A model generated the notes under the pieces. That model saw only the letters and a list, made by a program, of their open reading frames with translations, was not told the origin of the DNA and did not search any database. DNA of 64,000 nt, from the sequence record DRR723986_1848. One strand, written 5' to 3'. Below, piece after piece: positions 30,176-39,738 of the stretch (positions are counted from its first letter, which is position 1; every line of letters begins with the position of its first letter). The position numbers and the translations under genes are program-made.

Positions 30176-30714
30176 TGTACAGACCTTCTATTTGTTTATG
30201 TTTTTACCTGCACTGAAAAAACTTTGCTGCTGTAAATGTGAATTTAAAATACGATTTATTATTGATCGGTTAATTTTTCTTCTCTTAGTCTAATTGTATA
30301 AAGAAATAAAAATTCAACTTTGATAAGTTTGTCCCTTAAAATGCTCGCAATCTATAACTTTGCGTCTTAGTGTTTCGCTGATTCCAGTAGAGAGCCGTTT
30401 GATGTCAAGTTAGGTTCATAATCATCGAGTTACGCAGAAGATTAAAATTATCAAATTTTTTTAAAACTTGTTACCTTCAATGTCTGCATCTGCTCAAGGT
30501 ACGGGACGAACTTCTACGTACTATTGGGACTGTTACTTGCACACACAATTAGATAGATTAAATTTTCATCTTTATATCCCTAAAATGAGGGGGGAGGAAG
30601 CGTTAAGAAACTCTGAAGGATCTGGTTTGAACACAGAATTTTTAATGTTTGGTGGCATTTCTAGGCCCAATCGCAATACACTGTTATCAAGACTAATTCG
30701 AAAAATTTGTCAAA

Positions 30715-31155
30715 ATGTGTATCTCGTCGAAACGGTATCTGGGCTTTACTCTGCTTGAACTGCTAGTGGTACTCGTCATTCTTGGTCTCTTGGCAGCTTA
30801 TGTTGGACCACGCTATTTCGGTCAATTGGGCAAAGCTGAATCCAAATCAGCTCAAACGCAAATCAATGCATTTGGCAAAGCACTGGATGCCTATCGCCTA
30901 GACACAGGTAGCTACCCGGGTACTGCGCAGGGCTTGATGGCTTTGTATCAAAAACCAACGCAAATCAATAATTGGTTCGGGCCTTATTTGGACAAGCCGC
31001 CACCTGCCGACCCTTGGGGTAGAGCCTATGAATATCGATCTCCAGGTCAGCATGGAGAGTACGACTTATTTACTCTTGGTAAAGATGCAAGCCCCGGTGG
31101 TGACGCAGAAAACGCCGACATCACCAGTTGGGTTCCTGTTGGAAATTCACGTTAA
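30715..31155 (+). CDS. gspG: Type II secretion major pseudopilin GspG
   Basis: G-FTLLELLVV prepilin site; ALDAYRLDTG.YP, GPYL and DPWG..YEYRSPG. Confidence 0.92.
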   Translation: MCISSKRYLGFTLLELLVVLVILGLLAAYVGPRYFGQLGKAESKSAQTQINAFGKALDAYRLDTGSYPGTAQGLMALYQKPTQINNWFGPYLDKPPPADPWGRAYEYRSPGQHGEYDLFTLGKDASPGGDAENADITSWVPVGNSR

Positions 31156-31161
31156 ACCGGT

Positions 31162-32349
31162 ATGCCGCAATTCACCCTCACAGCCATTGATCAATCTGGA
31201 ACAATTCAAACCAAGCGAATCAATGCTGGCACAAAGCAGCAGGCCGAATCGTGGTGTGTGGAATCAGGGATGCAGGTTATTTCGGTTAAGTTACCGCTGA
31301 GCCAACGTTTCACTAGTGGCACACGCTCAAGCTTTAAGTTAATTCCTTTTGCCGAAGAATTGCTCGCACTTCAAAAGGCGGGGCTTTCAATTACAGAAAG
31401 CTTAAGTGGCCTGCACAGCAAGGCCAATGAATCCCAGAAGCCAGTTTTATCTGGTCTAATCCAAAGCATTCAACAAGGACAATCTTTTTCTGAGGCTTTG
31501 GCCAACTATCCAAACGAGTTCCCCACCCTCCTTCGCGCCTTGGTGCAGGCCGCGGAAAAAACCTCGAACTTGCCTCAAGCCATCGAAAAATACCTTGAAT
31601 ATGCTCAACAGGCTGACCTCATCAAACGCAAAATTTCCAATGCAGCGCTTTACCCCAGCCTTCTTTTGTTGGTGGGTGGGGGGGTGCTGATGTTTTTGCT
31701 GATGTACGTAATTCCACGCTTTGCCGGAGTATACGAGGGGCTGCAAGGCGACCTACCCTGGTTATCTGAGGTGCTTCTATGGTGGGGTCGCGCCATGCGG
31801 GATCATGCGGTATGGGTATTCACAGTCCTTGCAGCATTGGCTTACGCCATTTATTCAACAATCAAGAATACTCACTATCAACACAAGGTCTTGCAACTTG
31901 TGCTGCGCAATTCCACCGCGGCAAAACTTTGGCAAGGCTACACCTTGAGCAGACTATACCGAGCACTGGGTTTGTTGCTTAGTGGAGGGATACCCGTGCA
32001 AATATCACTGGCGCAGGTAGAACAATTGCTGGGGCAAGATGAAGCCCATCAACTAAGAAAGGTAAGCCAACGTATTGAGCAAGGTGAACCTCTTTCAACT
32101 GCCTTGGCGGAATCAAAATTAACTACTGAAATTTCATTTCAAATGTTGACCGTGGGTGAACGTACAGGTTCTGTGGGCGAAATGCTCACCAAAACTGCCC
32201 AGTTTTTAGAAGCTGATACCAGCAAGGCTGTGGAGGCATTTTCCAGAATATTCGAGCCCGTGTTGATGGCACTGATCGGCTTGATCATCGGTGTGGTGGT
32301 GGTACTGATGTACATGCCCATCTTCGAATTGGCCAATAGCTTGCAATGA
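31162..32349 (+). CDS. gspF: Type II secretion inner membrane protein GspF
   Basis: Two T2SSF domains; AALYP, GERTG and EPVLM...MYMPIF. Confidence 0.9.
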   Translation: MPQFTLTAIDQSGTIQTKRINAGTKQQAESWCVESGMQVISVKLPLSQRFTSGTRSSFKLIPFAEELLALQKAGLSITESLSGLHSKANESQKPVLSGLIQSIQQGQSFSEALANYPNEFPTLLRALVQAAEKTSNLPQAIEKYLEYAQQADLIKRKISNAALYPSLLLLVGGGVLMFLLMYVIPRFAGVYEGLQGDLPWLSEVLLWWGRAMRDHAVWVFTVLAALAYAIYSTIKNTHYQHKVLQLVLRNSTAAKLWQGYTLSRLYRALGLLLSGGIPVQISLAQVEQLLGQDEAHQLRKVSQRIEQGEPLSTALAESKLTTEISFQMLTVGERTGSVGEMLTKTAQFLEADTSKAVEAFSRIFEPVLMALIGLIIGVVVVLMYMPIFELANSLQ

Positions 32350-33932
32350 TGAGCAACGAACCAACTTTCACAACCAATCCCTTTGCTTGGCCAACGCTGA
32401 CTAGCGATGCCCTAGGCACGCTCGAGCCAGATTTTGCAGCCCTACCCATCTCCGCAGTTCGAAAATGGTCATGTGCCCTGGCGTTTTGCGAAGAAAATCG
32501 AGAAACTGTTTGGCTGGTGTGCGATCCGCACAAGCAACACCTGTTTGATTGGGCCATTGAACACCTACCCGAAGAAGCCTTGCAAAATCCCAGGTTAGTG
32601 CGTGAAGAGGATTTCAACACATGGCTAAATACGCTTGAAGGGGCGATGCGAGCGCTCACCCAAACCGACGATTTAACTTCAGATGCAAGTGATCGCAGGG
32701 AACAAGGATTACACCTTTCCATGGCCAGTATTTCGCAAACAGACAATGCCGTGGTCAGACTGGTCGACTCCACCTTGTTCGATGCCTTGCAGGTGGGTGC
32801 ATCCGATATTCACCTTGAAAGTGATCCTTCCGGGCTCACGGTAAAGTACCGGCTGGATGGTGCTTTAAATCAGGCTACAAAAATTGATACCTTGGCCATG
32901 GCAGACCAAATGATTTCCAGAATCAAGGTACTTGCTGAATTGGATATTGGCGAGCGACGCATTCCGCAAGATGGTCGCTTTAAGGTGACCTGCCTAGGTA
33001 AATCGATCGACTTACGCGTATCGATTATGCCCAGCGTGTATGGCGAGGATGCCGTTCTGCGTTTGCTGGATCGAAGTACATTGACTTCTCAATCACAGCA
33101 ACTGACGCTGGAAACCTTGGGGTTTGACAAGTCCACTCTTACGCAAATTCGCCGATTGGCTAAGGCACCCTACGGTATGTTCCTGGTCACAGGTCCCACA
33201 GGATCGGGAAAGACCACCACGCTGTACGCTGCACTTACAGAGTCAAAAACTGAGGAAGAAAAAGTAATCACCATTGAAGATCCTGTGGAGTACAAGCTGG
33301 ACGGCGTTTTGCAAATACCAGTGAATGAGAAAAAGGGATTGACCTTTGCCAAGGGTTTGCGATCAATTTTGCGCCATGACCCAGACAAAATCATGGTGGG
33401 GGAAATTCGCGATGCAGACACCGCGCAGGTTGCAGTTCAGTCGGCGCTTACCGGGCATTTGGTGTTTACCTCGGTTCACGCCAACAATGCATTCGACGTA
33501 CTGGGACGATTTTTACATATGGGCCTGGACCCTTACACTTTTGTATCTGCATTAAATGGGGTGGTGGCACAACGCTTGGTGCGAATGCTGTGTGAGCATT
33601 GCAAGCAACCCATGCTCAGCGATGAAGCGGATTTCAATTTGTTTCAAAGTTTGGGACACGAACATACAGACCTGCAAACGTATCCACTATTTAAACCTGT
33701 GGGCTGTTCGCACTGCCGGGGTACTGGCTACAAAGGCCGAAAAGCGATTGCCGAAGTGCTTTTAATTGATGATGTGCTGCGCGACAAAATTGCCAATCGG
33801 GAACCGATGCAAACGATTAAAGCCTATGCACTAAGCAAAGGTACGGTACCTTTGCTCGAAAAAGGAATGCAGCTAGTTAGAGCAGGTAAAACCACTTTGG
33901 ATGAGGTGAGCCGTGTGGCCTTTTCCAACTAA
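32346..33932 (+). CDS. gspE: Type II secretion ATPase GspE
   Basis: ASDIHLE, PQDGRF, Walker A GPTGSGKTT, LRHDPDKIMVGEIRD and two CxxC motifs. Confidence 0.92.
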   Translation: MMSNEPTFTTNPFAWPTLTSDALGTLEPDFAALPISAVRKWSCALAFCEENRETVWLVCDPHKQHLFDWAIEHLPEEALQNPRLVREEDFNTWLNTLEGAMRALTQTDDLTSDASDRREQGLHLSMASISQTDNAVVRLVDSTLFDALQVGASDIHLESDPSGLTVKYRLDGALNQATKIDTLAMADQMISRIKVLAELDIGERRIPQDGRFKVTCLGKSIDLRVSIMPSVYGEDAVLRLLDRSTLTSQSQQLTLETLGFDKSTLTQIRRLAKAPYGMFLVTGPTGSGKTTTLYAALTESKTEEEKVITIEDPVEYKLDGVLQIPVNEKKGLTFAKGLRSILRHDPDKIMVGEIRDADTAQVAVQSALTGHLVFTSVHANNAFDVLGRFLHMGLDPYTFVSALNGVVAQRLVRMLCEHCKQPMLSDEADFNLFQSLGHEHTDLQTYPLFKPVGCSHCRGTGYKGRKAIAEVLLIDDVLRDKIANREPMQTIKAYALSKGTVPLLEKGMQLVRAGKTTLDEVSRVAFSN

Positions 33933-34590
33933 ACAGTTGTCTGCGTATTTAAGCAGCCAGAGCTTGGTAGCGTGGGAAACGTCACCAGGGAATGGGCATG
34001 ACCAGTTGAAAAAGTTGTCTGCGATCCAACTTGAAGAGTTAACAGAATCCATCCATGTTCAGGGTAAGTTACCTCCCGCCATGAAGCGACATAAAACAAC
34101 CCTTCGCTTGGCACCCAGCCTGGGGCGCTGCTACACGCTACAAGCTGCAAACACTAAGCTCGGTTCATTTGAACTTAAAGGGCTTGCCGAGCACTGGGGT
34201 AAAACTTTCATGGGACCAAAGTACTCGGCATGGCAATGGCAGGCCATGCAAATTCAACCTGGCGACCCTATTTTGTTATGCGCGTGCCAGGTGAATACCC
34301 AATACCTGAACGTGTTCCAAACAGTTAAACCTGAACTGCTCAACCTGATTGACTCGTTGAAAGCCAACGAATCAGCTTGGGTGATTTGTCACGATGAAAT
34401 TTTGGTGCAAAGCGCACTGGTTAAGGATGGAGTTATTAGATCTATTCGCACCTGGCCAAGTCATTACGCCAACCATGTGAAAGAGATAGTCGAAAAACAC
34501 ATGTTGCTCGCTGATGATACTCGCGGGAAAAACATTCACCACGTGGTTGAATCACATCTTGGGGAGGTGCAAATCCATGGCGCGGCATAG
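33913..34590 (+). CDS. T2SS operon protein, possibly a GspL/PilM-like cytoplasmic component
   Basis: Position between gspE and the PilN-like gene; overlapping starts and stops. Confidence 0.45.
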   Translation: MWPFPTKQLSAYLSSQSLVAWETSPGNGHDQLKKLSAIQLEELTESIHVQGKLPPAMKRHKTTLRLAPSLGRCYTLQAANTKLGSFELKGLAEHWGKTFMGPKYSAWQWQAMQIQPGDPILLCACQVNTQYLNVFQTVKPELLNLIDSLKANESAWVICHDEILVQSALVKDGVIRSIRTWPSHYANHVKEIVEKHMLLADDTRGKNIHHVVESHLGEVQIHGAA

Positions 34591-35080
34591 CATCAATTTT
34601 TCAAGTAACCAGCAAAATGTGCAACGCGACAAGATAGTACTTGGATTGCTGCTACTGGCTTTAATCGCCCTGCTCTTTGGGGTGTATGCAACTCAGGTGC
34701 AACGCGAGCAAGCACGCTCAAGGCAACAGTTACTTCAGGATAAGCTTGTTGAGGCAAAGAACAATAAGCCCGCCACACTAGAGAAGAAACTTCAAAACTA
34801 TTGGACGGAATCAAAGACCAATTGGGCTGGGCTTTTTTCCACACTCGAGGAGGTAAAGAATCCAGACATTACTTTGCTGTCTATTGATCCTCAACTCTCT
34901 GAAAAACGTGTACTCATTTCTGGTCTTGCTAAGAATCAGGAAACACTTAATTTGTACCTAACCAAGTTGGAATCTTCAACAGTACTGAAACAAGTGGAAT
35001 TACAACGTTACCGCCGGACCACCAACAGCCCCAATGGTTTAGAGTTTTTTGTTGTGGCTCAATGGATTGCTCATGACTAA
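34577..35080 (+). CDS. PilN-domain protein
   Basis: TM plus coiled coil plus W..LF..LE....DITLLSI...V.ISG.AK. Confidence 0.7.
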   Translation: MARHSINFSSNQQNVQRDKIVLGLLLLALIALLFGVYATQVQREQARSRQQLLQDKLVEAKNNKPATLEKKLQNYWTESKTNWAGLFSTLEEVKNPDITLLSIDPQLSEKRVLISGLAKNQETLNLYLTKLESSTVLKQVELQRYRRTTNSPNGLEFFVVAQWIAHD

Positions 35081-35624
35081 GCCTTCTCAATCCCTTGCCC
35101 AACTATTGCACGCGCTACTGGAAAAGCGTGACATGCGGATCGCAGTGATCGCTGTGCTGCTTACCGTGAATGTGATCTTGGCGATTTGGATAGGAACAAA
35201 TATCCACGAAACCGCTAAAACTCAACGGGATACCTTGGTTTTAATACAAACCAATCAGTCAGCGCTTGACGCCGTGGACGCAGAACAACACGGGCAACGC
35301 GAACTAGAGGCAAGGATCAATAATAGACTGGCCAGTCGTGATGATCTAAACGGTTTGATTTTGTCGTTGGAGAGCACAGCCCCGGCACACGGAGTGACTC
35401 TCTCTGATGCCAATCAATCTTTTGTGGAAGCAAGTCGTGACAAGTTATCTCATTCTCTGATTCAGTACAGTGTGCAGGGAAGCTATGCTGGTGTGCTGCA
35501 GTTTGTTGCCGAGTCGCTGAACAAACACGAAGCATTAGTGCTCAATAGCTTAACCTTTCGTCGCTCAGATCCTTTAGTCAGCAACTTGCAAATCAACCTT
35601 GAATGGGCGCTGTATTACCGATGA
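35073..35624 (+). CDS. GspM/PilO-like protein
   Basis: TM helix; VQGSY..V.QFV...L....ALVLNSLTFRR. Confidence 0.65.
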   Translation: MTKPSQSLAQLLHALLEKRDMRIAVIAVLLTVNVILAIWIGTNIHETAKTQRDTLVLIQTNQSALDAVDAEQHGQRELEARINNRLASRDDLNGLILSLESTAPAHGVTLSDANQSFVEASRDKLSHSLIQYSVQGSYAGVLQFVAESLNKHEALVLNSLTFRRSDPLVSNLQINLEWALYYR

Positions 35625-36166
35625 AACCCCCAATGAAGAATTTGCTGTTTCAACCAAAGGTTCGGCTCGCATTGCTGCTCAGCCTTTTGCTTGGATTGCT
35701 GATTTTGAATTTGACAGCAATACCCGTTCAAAACCCGGACCAAGAGCACGATGTTGCGAAAATGCCTGAATCTGCCAACAAACAGAAGAATGCGCTCGGT
35801 CCTTACGGTGCTCAAGTGGGACGAGTCAAGTGGGAGCCATCTGGCGAAGACATTTTTGTAGAAGCTTCTGTGACTCCAGTAACCGAGGAACCTGTTCGAC
35901 CTCCTGAACCGCCTGCGCCAACAGTTCCTCCACCAGCGCCTGAACCAGTGGCACCACCATTGCCCTACGTTGTCATGGGAAAGTTCAAAAGCGGCGAGAA
36001 ATCTACGCTATATCTTCGAGCGGGAAACAACACAATCCCAGTATCAGAAGGCGATTTACTCGGAAGCGGTGATTACAAAATTGAAGGCATTTCAGAATCC
36101 GAGGTGTCGATTCGATACCTGCCCATGAACCATTTACACGAACTGAGTTTGAGTGGCCTAGAGTGA
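35621..36166 (+). CDS. PilP/GspC-like assembly protein
   Basis: TM helix, Pro-rich linker, APPLPY.VMGK...GD.L...YKIE.I. Confidence 0.55.
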   Translation: MKPPMKNLLFQPKVRLALLLSLLLGLLILNLTAIPVQNPDQEHDVAKMPESANKQKNALGPYGAQVGRVKWEPSGEDIFVEASVTPVTEEPVRPPEPPAPTVPPPAPEPVAPPLPYVVMGKFKSGEKSTLYLRAGNNTIPVSEGDLLGSGDYKIEGISESEVSIRYLPMNHLHELSLSGLE

Positions 36167-38109
36167 ACAAAAACAAGCTAATTAAATTGACCTTCCTTGC
36201 TTTGCTGCTATCCGGCTGTGCCGCATCACAAGCGTATCGCGAGGGCAACAAACTTTTAGAGGCAGGAGATTCATTCACCGGTTTGGCCAAACTTGAAGAG
36301 GCCATGATCAAGGACCCGATGAATACGGAATACAGAGCAGTGTATTTCAGACAGAAGGAAAGCTTGATTAACCGCACCCTGGCGCAAGCTGAAAGCAAGG
36401 CGAATCTTGGAGCCTTTGATGATGCGAGAGGCGACTTTAATCGAGTTCTAGGTTTGGATGCCAACAACATTCGTGCAATCCGCGGCTTAGAACAACTTGA
36501 AGCGGCTGCCAAAGCCAATCAACTATCCAATGAAGCAACACAACTCCTTCGGCAAGGTAAGCTTGCTGAGGGCAACAAACTGCTTGATGAAGCACTGGCA
36601 CTGCAACCCACCAATGCAACATTGTTGAGTTTGAAAGACGAGTTTGAACAGGAGATGGGAGTAAAGGCCAAACAGGCCGCAACAGAGCTTGGGCCACAGT
36701 TCAGAAAGGAAGTGTCATTTAGTTTCAGGGATGCACCGGTTGCATCTGTATTTGACGCCTTGGTACACGCTACGGGCATCAATTTCATTTTCGACAAAGA
36801 CGTGCGAACAGACACACGTACCTCGATGACCATCAAACAAAAACCCATGATTGATGTACTACGAGTGATCTTGTCGATGAATCAACTCAACCATCGAGTT
36901 CTAGACGAAAGCACGATATTGATTTACCCAAACACGGCCGCCAAAGCTGACGAATACCAAGAACTAATCATCCGGAATTTCTACTTAAGCCATTCGAATG
37001 TTCAGCAAACTGCAAACATGCTGAAATCCATGGTGAAGGCCAAAGAAATTTTTGTAGATGAAAGGTTAAATCTCATTGTGATGAAGGATACCCGCGAGAC
37101 TATAAACCTGGCGGAAAAGCTCATTGCCACACAAGATTTGCCAGAGCCCGAAGTAATGCTGGAATTGGAAGTTCTGGAAATCGCTACCAACAAGATGCGA
37201 GATCTTGGTATCCGTTGGCCTGATCAAATTTCTGGCTCAGTCACTGGGTCTGGTGGCGTTAGAGGCGAACTAAGCTATGACGAGTTTAGAAATCCATCCA
37301 AAGGCTTGGTCACCATACAAGTTAACAATCCCCTGATCACCGCAACATTGCGCCAATTGGATGGTGATGCAAGCCTGTTGGCCAACCCTCGTATTCGAAT
37401 CAAAAACAGAGCGAAAGCAAATATTTTGATTGGTGAACGCGTGCCGGTGGTAACCACCACCACAACTGCCAATGTGGGTACGAGTGAATCGGTCAATTAC
37501 TTGGATGTCGGCTTGAAGTTGAATTTGGAACCCATCATTTCACTTGATCAACAGGTCTCAATGAATGTGAGCCTTGAAGTTTCCAATATTCTAGAAACAA
37601 TTACGCGCACATCGGGTTTACAGACCTACCGACTAGGTACACGAAACGCTTCCACTGTGCTGAGAGTAAAAGATGGAGAGACGCAGATACTAGCGGGACT
37701 GATTCAACAAGATGAGCGAAACTCTGCACAGCGAGTTCCCTTTCTGGGCGACTTTCCCGTGCTGGGTCGTCTGTTCTCAAGTACATCAGAAAATGGCGTA
37801 AAAACAGAGATTGTGTTGTTGATTACCCCCAGAATTATTCGGAATATTCCGCTACCCGTCAGTGGCAAGAGCGAAATTTTCTCGGGCACACAAAACGCTT
37901 TGGGTGCAACACCAATTCAATTAAGAGCATTGTCCAACGCAAGCACAAACAACAACGAAAACCCACCCCCTACACCGGCCAACGATTCGGTGATTAATGA
38001 AAGCCAAATGAGCATTCAAGCCCCGTCAGTTGTTGAGCAGCCTCTACCTGGAAATCTCAACAATGAGCAAGGCATATTCATTCCGCCCATGCCCGGAGTT
38101 AGTCAGTGA
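36163..38109 (+). CDS. gspD: Secretin GspD with N-terminal lipoprotein signal and TPR-like region
   Basis: LLLSGC lipobox; VMLELEVLE, LLANPRIR, VPFLGDFPVLGRLFS and LLITPRII secretin motifs. Confidence 0.9.
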   Translation: MNKNKLIKLTFLALLLSGCAASQAYREGNKLLEAGDSFTGLAKLEEAMIKDPMNTEYRAVYFRQKESLINRTLAQAESKANLGAFDDARGDFNRVLGLDANNIRAIRGLEQLEAAAKANQLSNEATQLLRQGKLAEGNKLLDEALALQPTNATLLSLKDEFEQEMGVKAKQAATELGPQFRKEVSFSFRDAPVASVFDALVHATGINFIFDKDVRTDTRTSMTIKQKPMIDVLRVILSMNQLNHRVLDESTILIYPNTAAKADEYQELIIRNFYLSHSNVQQTANMLKSMVKAKEIFVDERLNLIVMKDTRETINLAEKLIATQDLPEPEVMLELEVLEIATNKMRDLGIRWPDQISGSVTGSGGVRGELSYDEFRNPSKGLVTIQVNNPLITATLRQLDGDASLLANPRIRIKNRAKANILIGERVPVVTTTTTANVGTSESVNYLDVGLKLNLEPIISLDQQVSMNVSLEVSNILETITRTSGLQTYRLGTRNASTVLRVKDGETQILAGLIQQDERNSAQRVPFLGDFPVLGRLFSSTSENGVKTEIVLLITPRIIRNIPLPVSGKSEIFSGTQNALGATPIQLRALSNASTNNNENPPPTPANDSVINESQMSIQAPSVVEQPLPGNLNNEQGIFIPPMPGVSQ

Positions 38110-38582
38110 ATACAAGAGTACACGACGGGTTCACGCTCATTGAACTCTTGATCGTGGTGGTAATTATGGGGGTACTTGCGTCCATTGCTTTGCCCCTAAC
38201 AGAACTGGCTTCCAAGCGCGCAAAGGAGGAGGAACTGCGAACAGCTCTTCGACAAATCCGCACAGCACTGGATGCCTATAAGAAAGCTGCTGATGAAAAC
38301 AGAATTGAACGAGCATCCGATGCATCAGGCTACCCACCCAACCTTGCGGTGCTGGTTGATGGCGTTCCCGCCATTAACATTCCAGACAGACGCCCTATTT
38401 ACTTTTTGCGTCGAATGCCACGTGACCCCTTCGCCGATAAAAATACGCCCGCAATAGACACGTGGGGTTTAAGAAGTTATGAGAGCCCACCCGATGCCCC
38501 CAAGCCTGGTGATGATGTTTTTGATGTGCACTCCAAATCCACTGAAATTGGTTTTAACGGCATTCCATACAGGCAGTGGTGA
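38106..38582 (+). CDS. Type II secretion pseudopilin (GspG-like)
   Basis: G-FTLIELL; LRQIRTALDAYK...YFLRRMPRDPF. Confidence 0.85.
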   Translation: MNTRVHDGFTLIELLIVVVIMGVLASIALPLTELASKRAKEEELRTALRQIRTALDAYKKAADENRIERASDASGYPPNLAVLVDGVPAINIPDRRPIYFLRRMPRDPFADKNTPAIDTWGLRSYESPPDAPKPGDDVFDVHSKSTEIGFNGIPYRQW

Positions 38583-38587
38583 ATAGA

Positions 38588-38971
38588 ATGTACAAAAACA
38601 AACACGGTTTTACGTTGATTGAACTCTTGGTAGTACTGGCTATTTTGGCAACGCTTCTCACAATTGCTGTTCCTCGATATTTCAGCAGTGTCGGCAGTGC
38701 TAAGGAGGCTTCGCTGAAACAAAACTTACTAGTACTTCGCGATGCTATCGACAAGTACCATGCAGACCATGGCGAATATCCAAACAGCCTTGAGGCGCTT
38801 GCGAAAGATAGATATATTCGGTTCGTTCCTGAAGACCCCATTACCCAATCTAAAGAATCTTGGATTTTGATAAAACCCCAAGGCGAAGATGAGGAATCAA
38901 AACTTATCTATGATGTGCGAAGTGGGGCACTTGGTAACTCCAGGGATGGAGAGCCGTATGCAAGCTGGTAG
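38588..38971 (+). CDS. Type II secretion pseudopilin (GspG-like)
   Basis: G-FTLIELL; LRDAIDKYHAD.G.YP.SL...YIR.VP.DPIT. Confidence 0.85.
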   Translation: MYKNKHGFTLIELLVVLAILATLLTIAVPRYFSSVGSAKEASLKQNLLVLRDAIDKYHADHGEYPNSLEALAKDRYIRFVPEDPITQSKESWILIKPQGEDEESKLIYDVRSGALGNSRDGEPYASW

Positions 38972-39398
38972 AGAAATCTGTGTAAGCCAAGATGGATTTA
39001 CCTATCTAATTCTGCTTTTTTCAATCGCAATTCTGGGTATTGGGCTTGCCACCACGGGCGTGATCTGGAGTACAGAATCGCGACTGGCCAAAGAACGAGA
39101 ACTTGAATTTATCGGTCAAGAATTCGTTCGTGCTATCGAGAGTTATTACAACGCGACCCCAGGAGAAGTGAAGACTTACCCGCCGACTCTAGAGGACTTG
39201 GTGAGCGATACACGATTTTTGTTTACGAAGAGACATCTGCGGAAAGTTTACGCAAACCCATTCACTGGTGTTGTCGATTGGGAGGTTGTTAACCATCCCC
39301 AAGGGGGTATTAGTGGAATTAAGTCAGGGATAAATAACTCCTTTTCACAAAAAGAATTGATATTCATCACCACACCGCTAAGACCAGCAACAATTTAA
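38958..39398 (+). CDS. Type II secretion pseudopilin lacking Glu5 (GspK-like position)
   Basis: G-FTYLILL (no E5); RHLRKVY.NPFTG. Confidence 0.75.
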   Translation: MQAGREICVSQDGFTYLILLFSIAILGIGLATTGVIWSTESRLAKERELEFIGQEFVRAIESYYNATPGEVKTYPPTLEDLVSDTRFLFTKRHLRKVYANPFTGVVDWEVVNHPQGGISGIKSGINNSFSQKELIFITTPLRPATI

Positions 39399-39522
39399 TC
39401 CGATTAGTTGTAAAGACCCCTGCTCAAAGGGCCTATGTGTCTTGATCCAAACAAACTAGACAAGAAATATAAGTATGATAAGGTACTTAAAGTTCCTAAA
39501 TTATGGAAACATCGGTGTACTT

Positions 39523-39738
39523 ATGAAAGTATGGTTTGATACTAAAAAAATACAAAAATTAGGACGGGTTTCTCTTTCAGAGATGCTCCTACGAAATGCG
39601 GGGCTTAGTGAGGGTGATACCGTTAATATTTACTTTGACGCCAATACTAGATGCATAGTGTTGGAGCGAGCCAATGCTCAAGAAAAGACTTTGGAAGAGA
39701 GATCTTCTACAACAAGCAAGCCGGGAAAGAAGAAATGA
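39523..39738 (+). CDS. AbrB/MazE/SpoVT-like DNA-binding protein
   Basis: KIQKLGRVSLSE.LLR..GLSEGDTVNIYFD swapped-hairpin pattern; ATGA overlap with the next gene. Confidence 0.65.
   Translation: MKVWFDTKKIQKLGRVSLSEMLLRNAGLSEGDTVNIYFDANTRCIVLERANAQEKTLEERSSTTSKPGKKK

Noticed and set aside
30468-30758. 96-aa ORF upstream of gspG
   Set aside because: TTG start, no motif, overlaps gspG out of frame and lies in the AT-rich divergent promoter region.
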